Origin: an uncultured delta proteobacterium | Lineage (GTDB): Bacteria; Myxococcota_A; Polyangia; Polyangiales; Polyangiaceae | NCBI GenBank assembly: GCA_963696385.1 | Contig: CAVOKF010000007.1 | Coordinates: 128,001-192,000 of the forward strand | Reading direction: 5' to 3' | DNA length: 64,000 bases | Shown: one piece after another, positions 1 to 10,479 of the stretch | Numbering within the stretch: position 1 is the stretch's first letter | Layout: every line of letters begins with the position of its first letter | Position numbers and translations under genes: made by a program | Notes under the pieces: generated by a model | Told to the model about the DNA's origin: nothing | Databases searched by the model: none | Seen by the model: only the letters and a program-made list of their open reading frames with translations

Positions 1-1
1 T

Positions 2-397
2 CCCATCGCGAACGGTGGTGGCCTGTCGGAGGAAGTGAAACGCGATCTCGGTCCCGGATTGCAGGCGCACCCGGGCACCCACGTATTTCTCGCTTACCGT
101 CACGGCGCTCCGGTCGGTGTCGCGGTGTGCTTTCTCGGATTCTCCACGTTCGCCGCCCGGCGCGTACTCAACATTCACGATCTGGCCGTGCAGCCAAAAC
201 ATCGGGCCCTGGGCGTTGGGCGAAGGCTGCTCGAACGGGTCGAGCAGCGAGCGCGAGAACTGGGGTGCTGCAAGCTCACGCTCGAAGTGCAAGAGAACAA
301 CGCGCGCGCCAAAGGCCTATATACCCAATTCGGGTTCGAACCGTACGAGCTTTCGAGCGAAGCGGGGCGCGCTCTCTTTTGGCAAAAGAAGCTCTAA
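2..397 (+). CDS. GNAT family N-acetyltransferase (5' partial)
   Basis: Frame is open from the window edge; LNIHDLAV..RALGVGRRLL acetyl-CoA motif, KLTLEV..N..AKGLY..FGF. Confidence 0.9.
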   Translation, partial: PIANGGGLSEEVKRDLGPGLQAHPGTHVFLAYRHGAPVGVAVCFLGFSTFAARRVLNIHDLAVQPKHRALGVGRRLLERVEQRARELGCCKLTLEVQENNARAKGLYTQFGFEPYELSSEAGRALFWQKKL

Positions 398-480
398 CGT
401 CGAGCCAAACTGCGCGGCTTTGCGGCTCTGCCGAGCAAGGACAAGAGTCGATCGCGGCGCGACGGGTGCTGGTCCGCCCC

Positions 481-1440
481 CTAAAACAATCCCGAGACGG
501 CGAGGCCGGCCTGGTGGCCTGCCAGGGGCGATACCGTGAGTGTTGCCAGAAACGAGCTTTTGTGTGCGGTGTAATGAAGAAGGGTGGGCATGCCGTAGCC
601 GAAGCCGAAACCAATGGCCCCACCGGTGAGCACGTCGGTCGCGTAATGGCGGTCCCCCATGATGCGCAGAACGCCGTCGCTCGTCGCCAGGAAGAGATCG
701 CGGGCGCACGCCAATGCGTCCCAGACGCGGCTGCCGTAGATGGGCAAAAACCCATGATTGGCGCAGGATACGCCAGCGGCGGTGAACGCTTCGTTCGTGT
801 GACCGCTCGGGAACGACGCGGTCGGGCTGATCCGACAGCCGGCGAAGGACGGATCGTGCTGGCAGTCTTCGTACGAGGGGCGGGCGCGACCGACCGAGTC
901 GTAGAGGCCAATCGCCACGACCGAGCTGAACGCGTAGGCCTCGGCGTCCATCAAACCGAGCTGCAGCGCCACATCCGGGCTGCCGCGGAGTATCGGCAAG
1001 GCAAGGGAGTCCAGGCCGAACACGAGCACGACGAGACCGACGTCGACGGCATCGCTGAAGGCCCATGCCGTCTGCTGCGCCGCCGCGGTTCGCAACCGCA
1101 GGGTGTTGCGCACGGCGTCGTCGAACAGGATCCCGCCGATCCAGTGAGGTTGCGCTTGGGGACGCAGCCCGAAGTACATCCAGATTGCGGCGCCGCCCAC
1201 CACACCGCTAGCGACGTACTCGACGATACGGAAGCGTGGACGCTCGTCGGGCCACCGGAGCCTGCGATCCGCCTTTTTTTCGCTGCCAGACGAATCGGTG
1301 GGCGGCCCTGGAACGACCGACGAAGCGGCGGCGGCCGCAGGCGGGGTCGCCGGAACGGAGCTCGGAGGCGGCTGGGCCGGTGCCGTGGCGGCTAGAAGGT
1401 GGACGAGGCTCGCAAGGAAGAGGGGCATCGCGCGCAGCAT
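481..1440 (-). CDS. PAP2 superfamily phosphatase, membrane protein
   Basis: R-P motif (GRARP), SFPSGHT, RIMGDRHYATDV; signal-like N-terminus (start may be 1428). Confidence 0.88.
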   Translation of the reverse strand: MLRAMPLFLASLVHLLAATAPAQPPPSSVPATPPAAAAASSVVPGPPTDSSGSEKKADRRLRWPDERPRFRIVEYVASGVVGGAAIWMYFGLRPQAQPHWIGGILFDDAVRNTLRLRTAAAQQTAWAFSDAVDVGLVVLVFGLDSLALPILRGSPDVALQLGLMDAEAYAFSSVVAIGLYDSVGRARPSYEDCQHDPSFAGCRISPTASFPSGHTNEAFTAAGVSCANHGFLPIYGSRVWDALACARDLFLATSDGVLRIMGDRHYATDVLTGGAIGFGFGYGMPTLLHYTAHKSSFLATLTVSPLAGHQAGLAVSGLF

Positions 1441-1982
1441 GACAGTTATGTAGGTTGCTACGCCGGCTGCCGGCGTGGAAGGTTCGTCGAATCCGCGTCA
1501 ACGCGAGGCTCACGCTCGACGCGCTCAGACTCGAGCGCCCGATCCGCCACGTGACCCACCCGGCGGCGACAGAGAGCGCCATTTCAAGCGTTCGTCTTAT
1601 CAATTCCCGCGATTCCGCGCACTTAGCGCGATCGATTCGGCTTTCGGTCTGGTGCACCGGGCGCGAGGTTGGGCCAGCCTGTCCGCGCAAGGATCCGCGC
1701 GCTGGTCAGAGGGATCGAGCTTGTTGATCGTTGACGGCGTCTTGCGCACGGTGGCCTGGGCACTGCACTCGGCCAGGCGCGCCGCGAACTTCCCGAGTTT
1801 TTTGCGGTACCGGCCAGGGCCTTCACGAGAACTGGCGCGCGAAGGGCCCGATCCGCACCCGGGCGGGATCGACCGACGGGATGACCGTCGGCGTCCCCGA
1901 GTCCGGCCTTATCGGCCCGAGTGTTGACCGGCGTGCCCTACGCGGTAGTTTGTGCATGGGTCGCACCTGGATGGGGATGGCC

Positions 1983-2240
1983 ATGGCCGATGATGCAACA
2001 GGAAACGGGGCACTCACCGCGCCGGACGCGCTGGTGCTCGACCTGCTCGCTTGGATTGCCGCACGCCCGCGAACCTATCGCGAGACCATGGAAGCCTGGC
2101 GAACGTCCTGCCCGCGCCTGCCGGTCTGGGAAGACGCGGTCGAATACGGATGGCTTCAGGTCGTCCAGCACGGTGCGGGCTGGGGCGCACAGGCGGTCGA
2201 ACTCACGGAGGCAGGTCGGGCACGTCTGGGCGGCCGATGA
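1983..2240 (+). CDS. Small conserved hypothetical protein (winged-helix-like)
   Basis: LDLLAWI..RPRTYRETMEAWRTSCPRLPVWEDA..LTEAGR pattern; ATG at 1983 within ORF 1731..2240. Confidence 0.7.
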   Translation: MADDATGNGALTAPDALVLDLLAWIAARPRTYRETMEAWRTSCPRLPVWEDAVEYGWLQVVQHGAGWGAQAVELTEAGRARLGGR

Positions 2241-2272
2241 GGATCGCGATCCTCGAGCGAGGGCGATGAGCG

Positions 2273-2689
2273 ATGCCCCCATTGCCCGGCGTCGCTCGGT
2301 TCCCGATCCGGTTTGATCGTTGGTACAAGGCGCTTTCGCGTGCACTCTTCATCTCGCCGTCGGATTCCTATGTGGCGATGGACGGCGCGCAGGTGACCGT
2401 CCGTATGGCCTGGGCTTTTGAGGCGTCGTTCCCGTGTTCGGCGATCGCCGCGGCAGCGCCCTTCGACCGGCGGCCCGTGAGTCGCGGCGTCCACGGATGG
2501 CATGGCCGCTGGCTGGTCAATGGCTCCGGTGAAGGCATTCTGCGTATCGACCTTTCGCCCGGACAGAGGGCGCGCGTGCTCGGCGTGCCCGTCGGGCTAA
2601 GCGAGTTGCTCGTCAGCGTCGACGATCCCGCGCGGCTCGCATCCGCGTTCCGGAAGGCGTCAGGCGAAGCCGGAGGGACCGCCCCATGA
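2273..2689 (+). CDS. Conserved hypothetical protein
   Basis: Protein-like composition, SRGVHGWHGRWLVNGS and LLVSVDDP motifs; co-oriented with the upstream gene. Confidence 0.7.
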   Translation: MPPLPGVARFPIRFDRWYKALSRALFISPSDSYVAMDGAQVTVRMAWAFEASFPCSAIAAAAPFDRRPVSRGVHGWHGRWLVNGSGEGILRIDLSPGQRARVLGVPVGLSELLVSVDDPARLASAFRKASGEAGGTAP

Positions 2690-2845
2690 AGGAGTCCGCG
2701 ATCCCGGGCCGTGATGAGCCGCCGTCTCCCGTATCGGAGATCGCCCGCGAAAGCCTGGTGCTCGCGGGTGCTCAACACGAACCTCGTCGTGCACTCTCCG
2801 GCCAGAACACCCGGGCACCGCGTTCCAGGCACTCGGGACCTCGTC

Positions 2846-3370
2846 TTATTGGGGTGGCTTTCGGCGTACGATGACCTCGACGTCGCGCGCGCTCGACCGG
2901 GGCTTCGTCGCCGGGGCCGGCTTCCCCGGGGCGGACCTGTCCAGCGGCTCGGGCTTCGGGCCGGTCCGCGCCGCGACCTGCGGTCTTGCCGTCGACCAGG
3001 GCTCTCTCCTGCTCGCCGCCTTGGCTTGCTTGGTGGCCACGAGCGCGACATGTGCGAGTTGCCGCTCGGCCCTGCGCTGCGCGGCCGCGGCCACCTGAGC
3101 GGCCTCGCGCTGGACGTGTCGCGCGCGCTCCTCCGCGAGGGCCGGCAGCATCGGGACGATCGCGGCCTTCGCGTCCTCTATCGAGTAGAGCCGAGGCGAC
3201 GCACGAACGAACCGCACTCGTTCGGCGAGCTCGTGGCGCAACAGGGTGCTCAATGCGTTTCTCGACATGCCGAGAATCTTGGCGATCTCGGCTTCGGTGG
3301 CGAGCTCGGCGCCGGCGGCCACGAGTCCGTGAGGATCGCGATCGGGCGGGGTGGCGTTCGTCGTTGTCAT
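2846..3370 (-). CDS. Helix-turn-helix protein (excisionase/MerR-like N-terminus, charged low-complexity tail)
   Basis: ATEAEIAKILGMSRNALSTLL...PRLYSIED. Confidence 0.55.
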   Translation of the reverse strand: MTTTNATPPDRDPHGLVAAGAELATEAEIAKILGMSRNALSTLLRHELAERVRFVRASPRLYSIEDAKAAIVPMLPALAEERARHVQREAAQVAAAAQRRAERQLAHVALVATKQAKAASRREPWSTARPQVAARTGPKPEPLDRSAPGKPAPATKPRSSARDVEVIVRRKPPQ

Positions 3371-3694
3371 GGCTTCGACTTGCATAGCGGCATCCGCGAT
3401 TCGATCCACTGTGGGTGCCCGCATCGATGCGAGCGATTCGGAATCCGCGTCGGGACGCGTCCTTCGGCGAGAGTCCCGCGGATAGCGGCCGCCCTGACGT
3501 CCCGTCGGCTGCCCGAGCGTGCTCTACGCCCGGTCTGAACCCGTGCCGCGCCCACGCGCTTAAAGCGCGTGGGCGACTCCGACGCGAATGGCGGTCATCG
3601 TGCCGGTTGCGGCCACACCGGCTGGCCGTCGGCGCGCGTGACGAGGCCGGCGGGTCCGCGTGCTAACCTTGCGCAGGCAAAGACGCGGCGAGCC

Positions 3695-4069
3695 ATGAAA
3701 GCACATAGGGTATCTGTTATGTGCATTGCGCTGCTGGTCGCTTGCTCCAGCAGCACCCGTCCGAGCTCCGTTGTCACCGGCACATCCACGACGACCTCCG
3801 ACGTCTGTTCCTGCGACACGGGCGGACTTACCGCCGTTTGCAGCGGCACAACGACATTCACGGCCGCGCCGTGGACCTCTACGGCAACCGAGCTTCTCGT
3901 AGGGTGTCAGACAAGCGGAGAAGCTGGCATCGACCCGACCTACACATGTGTGTTCGGCGTCTGCGGCCCGCCCTGCGGCATTCAATCCATTTGCAGCGCC
4001 CCCGCCCCCGACGGAGGCGTTACCGGCTCGTCAATCGGGACGGCTACCGGGACCCGTACGGGCCCCTAA
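3695..4069 (+). CDS. Cys-rich lipoprotein
   Basis: MKAHR..IALLVAC lipobox; multiple Cys; Thr/Ser-rich. Confidence 0.65.
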   Translation: MKAHRVSVMCIALLVACSSSTRPSSVVTGTSTTTSDVCSCDTGGLTAVCSGTTTFTAAPWTSTATELLVGCQTSGEAGIDPTYTCVFGVCGPPCGIQSICSAPAPDGGVTGSSIGTATGTRTGP

Positions 4070-4276
4070 CTGACCTGCCCCCGCGGCGCGAACCCGTGCC
4101 GTCTTCACAGCGGGGAACCTATCGCGGGCGCTGCGGTGGCGCTTGACCGCGCTTGCGATTCTGGTCCTTGCGGCGCGGCCCAAGGCGAGCCCTGCCAGCG
4201 CCGGCGGCCGACCCGCCGGCGTACGGCGGCGGTGCCGAGAATCGCCTGCCCGTCGCGACGTGCGCTTGGCGGCGCC

Positions 4277-4762
4277 TCACACGAGAAGGTCGAAGTGCAA
4301 GACCTCCTCGCGCCGTCCCAGGGAAGCGTACAGACGGATCGCCGGCTCGTCGCCGCGGTCGGCCTGGACGAAGAGTACCCAGGCGCCACGGGCCCTCGCG
4401 AGACTCCGGAGCTCACCGATGAGCGCGGTCGCGATCCCGCGGCGCCGCTCGCCCTCCGCTACGGCGAGATCGTAGAGATACACCTCGTTCCGCTCTTGCT
4501 CGAACTTCTCGAGCACGTACGCGGCAAGGCCGCCGACCACCGCACCGTCCGCGAGCGCGACCAGCGCGACGTGGCTCGTCGACGCAAGCCAGCGGTGAAC
4601 GTAAGCGTCGGTGGGCGGGCGCGACAGGTACGATGCGGCATCCTCGAACGCCTCGGCGAAGAGGCGCTGCAGCCCGCGATACGGGGCCAGATCCCCGGCC
4701 GCCAGCAACCGGACTTCGATCGATCGACCGTCGCGCGTGGTCAGGGGGGGCGAAGAGGGCAT
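4277..4762 (-). CDS. aac(3)-I: AAC(3)-I family aminoglycoside N-acetyltransferase (GNAT)
   Basis: GGLAAYVLEKFEQERNEVYLYDLAV..RRRGIATALI..FVQADRGDEPAIRLY..LG.REEVLHFD matches the AAC(3)-I signature. Confidence 0.88.
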   Translation of the reverse strand: MPSSPPLTTRDGRSIEVRLLAAGDLAPYRGLQRLFAEAFEDAASYLSRPPTDAYVHRWLASTSHVALVALADGAVVGGLAAYVLEKFEQERNEVYLYDLAVAEGERRRGIATALIGELRSLARARGAWVLFVQADRGDEPAIRLYASLGRREEVLHFDLLV

Positions 4763-5342
4763 GCTCGATTTTACGCCAATCCGGTCCCCTGCACGAGGCC
4801 CCGGGCCCCATCGCACCGCATCGAGAAGCGTGTGCTGCCGATTGGACTGCACGAACACGTTCCTGGGGCACGCGAACGCCGGGACGGCGCGACTCGACGG
4901 TCGCGAAAGCGCCTGTGACCGCCCCCTGGCGTCGACCTTGACGTCCACGTTGGCAACATGAGTCGCGTGGATCGGTGGGGCCTCCGCCCCGCTCGGGGCC
5001 GCGCAGTCCTTCATCTTATCGGCGCTCGACGCGAGACGTCGACCGCCTTTCGTCGGTCCCGCCGGTCTCTGCCGAGGCAGGGTGACGATGACGCCCGCGC
5101 CGTCGCGAAGCGTCGTCCCTCCCTCCGGAAGGCCGAAGCAAGTCGGCGCCTGTCCATCTCGGGCTCATCGACGCAGCGGGACCCTGGTTCGGCTTTTTTC
5201 GTCGATCGCGCCACAGCGAATGTCGGATCCCAGCCGACCGAAACGTCGCGTCGATGAAAGGCAGCGAGAGCCCCGAGGAGTACGAGCGCGCATTCGCGAG
5301 CATGTGATTGGCATGAGGACCAAACACCGAAAGGAGACGATC

Positions 5343-5846
5343 ATGAAAACGAAGAATTTCACGACGACCATCCTGGTCGACCAGACCCCGCAGGAAGCGT
5401 TCGACGCCATCAACGACGTGCGCGGCTGGTGGTCTGGAGAAATCGAGGGACGTACGGACGTGCGCGGGGCCGAGTGGACGTACAGCTACAAGAAGATCCA
5501 TCGCACCACGCAGAAGATCACCGAGCTCGTGCCCGGCAAGAAGATCGTGTGGCACGTCACGGACAGCCGGCTCAACTTCGTCCGCGACACGAGCGAGTGG
5601 GACGGCACCGACATCGTGTTCGAGATCGCCAAGAAGGGCGCAAAGACCGAGGTCCGCTTCACGCACGTCGGCCTGGTGCCTACCATCGAGTGCTACGATG
5701 GGTGCTGCGGCGCGTGGGGCTTCTACATCAACGAGAGCCTTCGAGACTTCATCGCGAAGGGCACAGGGCAGCCCAACCCGGACAAGCGTCGTCCGAGTCG
5801 GGCGAAGAGTCGTGGCGAGCAGCCCGCGCACGACTCGCGGAGGTGA
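5343..5846 (+). CDS. SRPBCC/AHSA1-like domain protein
   Basis: AAGGAG RBS; VRGWW, ELVPGKKIVWHV, EWDGT.IVFEI, FTHVGLVP..ECY. Confidence 0.9.
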   Translation: MKTKNFTTTILVDQTPQEAFDAINDVRGWWSGEIEGRTDVRGAEWTYSYKKIHRTTQKITELVPGKKIVWHVTDSRLNFVRDTSEWDGTDIVFEIAKKGAKTEVRFTHVGLVPTIECYDGCCGAWGFYINESLRDFIAKGTGQPNPDKRRPSRAKSRGEQPAHDSRR

Positions 5847-6107
5847 GCCGGTGGGCGCTCGCTCGTATCCGTTCAAGCCCTCCGTCGAGAGCGTTGCACG
5901 GGCCGACGGTTCGCCAGCGCCCGCCGCGGTCGATGCAGCGGAGGCGCGCGCGCTTGCCGAAGCGAAGGCCGTCGCCCGGGCGACGACACGAGGGCGGAAG
6001 GGGGCACGACACCCTTGTCGCGGGGGCACCGACGGGTCCGCGTGCAAACCCACGTCTTTGCGCGCAAGCGGGCCGGCCGGCATACGGCGTGCATCGACGG
6101 ATCGGTC

Positions 6108-6542
6108 ATGAATATTCTGCAAGGCACAACGGCTTGTGGTCTATTCGGTCTCGCCACCTTGTGGGGTGCAGAGACGGGCTGCGCAATTCGAGCTTGCGAC
6201 GACCTCTCCGACGTAAGGCAGTTGGCGGTCTTCGATCTCTCCTGCGCCCCGACGGACCTGACGACCGTCGACGTGTCGGTACCCTGCGCGGCGGCCGACG
6301 CGAGTACCGATCCGAGCAACTACGTGCGAGGCAATCAAATTTGGATCTCAAGCGGTGTCTCGGGCACCTGTCACGTTGCGCTCACGTTCGCGACGGGCTT
6401 CACGTACTCGGCCGACGTGACGTTCACTGCGACGACAGACAGCTGCGGGACGACCGACGTGCGGGCGACGCAGACCGTATTTGCCGTCGACAATCCGAGC
6501 TCGACCTGCCCAGACGGTGGCGAGTTGCCCCCTGGCGACTAA
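6108..6542 (+). CDS. Cys-rich secreted protein/lipoprotein
   Basis: Hydrophobic N-terminus ending ETGC; several Cys; GTCHVALTFATGFTYSADVTF beta-rich core. Confidence 0.6.
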   Translation: MNILQGTTACGLFGLATLWGAETGCAIRACDDLSDVRQLAVFDLSCAPTDLTTVDVSVPCAAADASTDPSNYVRGNQIWISSGVSGTCHVALTFATGFTYSADVTFTATTDSCGTTDVRATQTVFAVDNPSSTCPDGGELPPGD

Positions 6543-6588
6543 CGGGATCCGAAAACCGCCTCCCGGAAGAACCCCCTTGGTTGGGTGC

Positions 6589-7044
6589 TCACGACAGTAG
6601 CACTACGCACATGACACACAGAAGCAGAATAACGTCAGGAGTCTCGAGGTAAAGAACGTCGCGTATTCGTAGATGCTTTGCATCGGTTTCACGAATTTTA
6701 GCGAGAATAAGCGTGGACGCGGAATCCACCATCTTGTCGATGCTAGCCACGCCAAGTAGAAATAGTGCAAGAGCGCCAATCAAAGTGTACAGTTTGCCCA
6801 ACGAGGAAATCTCGGCGCGATCTCCCATCATCGCCTTCCGCAATATCGAGCCACCGAGCGGTGAAACGAAGCCGGCACAGAGAACGGCCCCCGCGTGCGT
6901 AACGCCTCGACCCAGGCGAACGACGCGAGGGTCCTCCGGTTCATCCATCCTCATTCGGACGTCTGCGGCGCGTTCCTGGAATATGTATGCCAAAACCAAC
7001 ACCACAAAGAGAACGGGGGGCATCAAGTACAAAGTCAAGCGCAA
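6589..7044 (-). CDS. Hypothetical membrane protein (candidate immunity protein)
   Basis: About 4 hydrophobic segments, lower GC, directly downstream of the putative toxin. Confidence 0.55.
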   Translation of the reverse strand: MRLTLYLMPPVLFVVLVLAYIFQERAADVRMRMDEPEDPRVVRLGRGVTHAGAVLCAGFVSPLGGSILRKAMMGDRAEISSLGKLYTLIGALALFLLGVASIDKMVDSASTLILAKIRETDAKHLRIRDVLYLETPDVILLLCVMCVVLLS

Positions 7045-7199
7045 CCCCCGGCGGGACCGATTCCAGTTTCTTGCATCGGTCCGCGAACGCCATTTGGGTC
7101 AACCGGCAAAGCGCGAATCGACCGATCGCGATGTTGCGTCGCTGACGCCGAAACCATTCGCAATAACGATGTGGGACGCATCTGTCGTGTGCCTCCGGG

Positions 7200-7967
7200 C
7201 TACTTGGGCCGCGACGCCGGGATGCTCACTGTGTCCGACCCCATGTCTGCGTTCCCGTCGCCCCAAAGCTGGATATAGGGTCCTGTTAACGGGCCCGACG
7301 TCGTTTCATAGTGATGCAGCATGATGGCTCGGCCGTCGCCAATGCGAACAAACGCCTCAGCGTTTGGAAACCCGTCTCCTGTCATACTCGTCGTGATACT
7401 CATCGAACCATCCGCGAGCAGTTGGATGACGAATGTGGTATGCAGATTGATGTCTGGCGTCATGAAACTCGGTGCCGGCGCCTCGGGGTTGCCGGCCGCA
7501 TGTTTCATGAAGACCGTCATCACGTTGTTGGCATCCACGCTCGATGTACCTTGCACCTTGGGGACAGCCGTCCCCGTAAACTGAAGGTGCGGTATGATGG
7601 CCGGCCAATACGAATACTGATCGTATTTGAAGGGCAACGCCGGCCAGGCCGACTCGTTTGAAAACGCCGAAAACGTAACGTTGTTCGTTGTCGTGTCGAG
7701 TCTCGCTATACTTGTGACACGTGCGCGTGCATTCGGACTCGTGGACGGGCCACGGTCATCGCCTTCATATCCGCCGCCAAAGCTGTCGAAAGGCGCGTAC
7801 GAGCGCGTCACGAACTCGACGACCGGACCAAATGAGGTGAGGCACGGACGCGGTAGGGCGCGGGGGCTATGGACGTTCCGTTTTCCACCTGGCGCGAGGA
7901 CGAGTTGGCGAGGCACTGCGGGTGCCGCCGGAGCCGCAGGGACAGAGCTTGCAGCGTCGTCGGACAT
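7200..7967 (-). CDS. Putative secreted effector with DUF3238-like / RHS C-terminal-type domain
   Basis: RSYAPFDSFGGGYEGDDRG..NP..PDINL..TGDGFPNAEAF pattern recalled from RHS C-termini; family not verified. Confidence 0.6.
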   Translation of the reverse strand: MSDDAASSVPAAPAAPAVPRQLVLAPGGKRNVHSPRALPRPCLTSFGPVVEFVTRSYAPFDSFGGGYEGDDRGPSTSPNARARVTSIARLDTTTNNVTFSAFSNESAWPALPFKYDQYSYWPAIIPHLQFTGTAVPKVQGTSSVDANNVMTVFMKHAAGNPEAPAPSFMTPDINLHTTFVIQLLADGSMSITTSMTGDGFPNAEAFVRIGDGRAIMLHHYETTSGPLTGPYIQLWGDGNADMGSDTVSIPASRPK

Positions 7968-8033
7968 TCAGGTCTTCCCTCGTTCGAGGGTCAGCAAAGG
8001 CCGCAGAACATCCATGGGGCGACCTCGAATCGT

Positions 8034-8798
8034 TCAGCAGCCATAGGCTGTGATCAACAGGTTTACCGTCTCCTCGTCGACGGTTCCGTCGTCTGCGAGT
8101 CCGTCGTCAGGCAGAGGCTCGCTCGTGGGGCTCGCCGGAGACGAGTCACCTTGCGAGGCATCGTCGGTAGAGACGGGTGGGGCTGGATTTGAGTCCGTCG
8201 GCCCAACGGCGATTGAGGAGTCGACACCGGTTTGCGCCGCCCTGAGAGCACGAAGGGCTCCACGGAGGAGCCCTAGATCGCCCGAATCAAAGGTGATGTC
8301 GGCGTCGATATAGGCCAGGCACTGAAGGCGCTGGAAAACCCCGGAAAGCGTGTCAACGGGATCGAGACTGCCAATATGGCACACGAAGGTTGGCCCGGTC
8401 TCGAACAGGATTGTCGCTGTCTCAAGCGTTACGGGAGCCGAAAAGGTCGCTGTGCCGTTGGCGTCGGTCGTGAGCCCGGTAAGCCCTGGAAGCTCTTGAA
8501 CGGCGTATGCCTGCGAGGCGAAGGTCGGATCCGAGATCTGTAGTGTGATGTTTGTGGTCGGCGCGGTCGAAACGAACGTGTTCGTCGCTCCCGTCGTGAG
8601 CGACGTCATCACCGGTGGTTTCTGGTCCGGGATGTAGAGCATGTCCGTCGGATAAAGGATATTCGGATCCTTCGACAGATGGCCAGCCTGCCGAAGCTGC
8701 GCGTTCTGCGGGTCGTTCCAGACGGTGTCCGCATCGAAGCCGAACTTGTAGGCAAGGAGGGCGAGATGGTCGCCTTGTTTGATCACGTAGGGTTGCAG
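8034..8798 (-). CDS. LysM / peptidoglycan-binding domain protein
   Basis: YVIKQGDHLALLAYKFGFD..VWN.PQN..L...PNILYPTD; later LDPVDTLSGVFQRLQCLAY and DGTVD..T; start CTG 8798 or GTG 8786. Confidence 0.8.
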   Translation of the reverse strand: MQPYVIKQGDHLALLAYKFGFDADTVWNDPQNAQLRQAGHLSKDPNILYPTDMLYIPDQKPPVMTSLTTGATNTFVSTAPTTNITLQISDPTFASQAYAVQELPGLTGLTTDANGTATFSAPVTLETATILFETGPTFVCHIGSLDPVDTLSGVFQRLQCLAYIDADITFDSGDLGLLRGALRALRAAQTGVDSSIAVGPTDSNPAPPVSTDDASQGDSSPASPTSEPLPDDGLADDGTVDEETVNLLITAYGC

Positions 8799-8994
8799 AG
8801 GAGCCTCAAAAAACGCGATGTGGGCTGAAAAGGTGCGGAGGTAATCATGCGGTGGGATCTTAACATAGTGCCTCCAGTCCCGGTCAAGTCGCAGCACCAG
8901 GAAAGACCGTTCGGAGGATGTCCCAGATCGGGTTGAAATCGTGAGAGAAGGGGCACCCACGTGGATCCGTGCGCGCTCGCATAGGCCCCGAGGA

Positions 8995-10479
8995 TTACGA
9001 CGCAGCGCGGGCCGCTTGGGACACGAACGGCCGGCCTTCGTCGGCGCAGACGAGCTGAGCGACGTGGCGACCAGACATGAGCGCGGTCGGCACGCCACCG
9101 CCCGGCTCCACCCACTGACCGGCCATGTAAAAGCCCGCGAGTCCAGGGAGTACTTCTTTAACATGGCCGAACATGGCCTGCGGACTCGGAAGCCATCCTT
9201 CGTACGCACCCCTCCACGAGCGCGCGTGCTGCCAGAACGTGATGGGCGTAGAGACATCGGAGACTTGCACGGCCGCCTTCACTCCCGGCATGTACCGGTC
9301 GAGTCGCTCGAGCACGAGCGAAGCGACCGCGTCCTTCTCCGCGCTGTAATTCGAACCTGTCTTGGCCCAATACGTGTAGTCCGTTTCGAGCATCGTCTGC
9401 ACGACGGTGTGCCCCGCCGGCGCGAAGCTCGCGTCTTCGTTGTAAACACGCACGTACAAGTGCTCGCTGGCCACGCCGCCGACCGTAATCGGTTCCACAT
9501 GGTCGACGAGAATGGTCGACGGTACGCGCGCGAGCGGAGTCGCGACGCCGTAGCTCGCGAGTACGACGGGGCGAAACGTTTTCCATTGCTCCATGCGTTG
9601 CCGCATCTCGGCGGCGCCGTAACGTCCTCCGAGCAGACGGAGCACCGTCTCTGGCGCGCTCGCCGTCGAAACGATGATATCGCCGTCGAGGATCGAGCCT
9701 TCGGCGAGACGCACTCCGCGCGCGCGTCCGCCTTCGACGAGAACCTCGTCGACGGTCGAGTGGAGGACCGTTTCGCCGCCGAGCCGTCGATACGTGTCGA
9801 TGAGCGCGTCCCGGAACCGGGCCGTGCCTCCTTCTGGACGCGACAAGTAGCCGTGCTTCAAGTAGCCGAGCACCATCAGTAAGACGAGCGTCGTCGACTC
9901 TTCGGGGACCATTCGCGTGAACAGCCTGCGAAGTCGTTCGCTTTTGAGATATTCGACGGACCACACGCCAATCGGCTTACGGAAATGCGCGATGGTTCCC
10001 AGATCGTGGCGCATGTTCCAGACGTTCGCGAGCTGGTCTCGCATCGTGGAGAGTTCGACGGGCCCATCGATCGGTGGCGCGATGTTCACTACACGCTCGG
10101 CGCCGTCCACGAGCCGCCGGATCTCGTCCACGTCCTCAGGCGCGAGCTCGCGAAGCGCGCGAGCCGTTGCGTCGAGGTCGCGCGAGATGGCCACCTCGAG
10201 GCCGTCGCGGGCATCGCGATAGGTCAGGAACTGCTCCATCGTCCTGAGCGAAACGCGAGGGACGATCCCGAGCTCTTTGTAGATCTGCTGAAACGCGCCC
10301 CCCGTGAGCCAGTGAATGCAGCCGTCGATCGTGTACGGCCCACGGGTCCACGCGGCACAAACGCCACCCAGCGCGAGGTTGTGCTCGATGATGGTCGTGC
10401 GAAAGCCGCTCGCCCGTGCGTAGCATCCGGCCGAGAGGCCCGCGAGGCCACCGCCCACAATGACAACGTGTCGTTCCAT
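8995..10479 (-). CDS. Phytoene desaturase-family FAD-dependent oxidoreductase
   Basis: VVIVGGGLAGL Rossmann motif, GG.C..W.RG.Y.IDG, STP.T...GAYEGW, FYMAGQWVEPGGGVP. Confidence 0.9.
   Translation of the reverse strand: MERHVVIVGGGLAGLSAGCYARASGFRTTIIEHNLALGGVCAAWTRGPYTIDGCIHWLTGGAFQQIYKELGIVPRVSLRTMEQFLTYRDARDGLEVAISRDLDATARALRELAPEDVDEIRRLVDGAERVVNIAPPIDGPVELSTMRDQLANVWNMRHDLGTIAHFRKPIGVWSVEYLKSERLRRLFTRMVPEESTTLVLLMVLGYLKHGYLSRPEGGTARFRDALIDTYRRLGGETVLHSTVDEVLVEGGRARGVRLAEGSILDGDIIVSTASAPETVLRLLGGRYGAAEMRQRMEQWKTFRPVVLASYGVATPLARVPSTILVDHVEPITVGGVASEHLYVRVYNEDASFAPAGHTVVQTMLETDYTYWAKTGSNYSAEKDAVASLVLERLDRYMPGVKAAVQVSDVSTPITFWQHARSWRGAYEGWLPSPQAMFGHVKEVLPGLAGFYMAGQWVEPGGGVPTALMSGRHVAQLVCADEGRPFVSQAARAAS

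Noticed and set aside
1441..1960. Short ORFs between the PAP2 gene and the 1983 gene
   Set aside because: No recognisable motifs; probably a divergent promoter region.
4070..4276. attC site downstream of aac(3)-I
   Set aside because: No convincing RYYYAAC...GTTRRRY paired structure seen by eye.
8799..9257. N-terminal extension of the LysM ORF
   Set aside because: Overlaps the oxidoreductase and is not protein-like; the LysM domain begins at about 8798.
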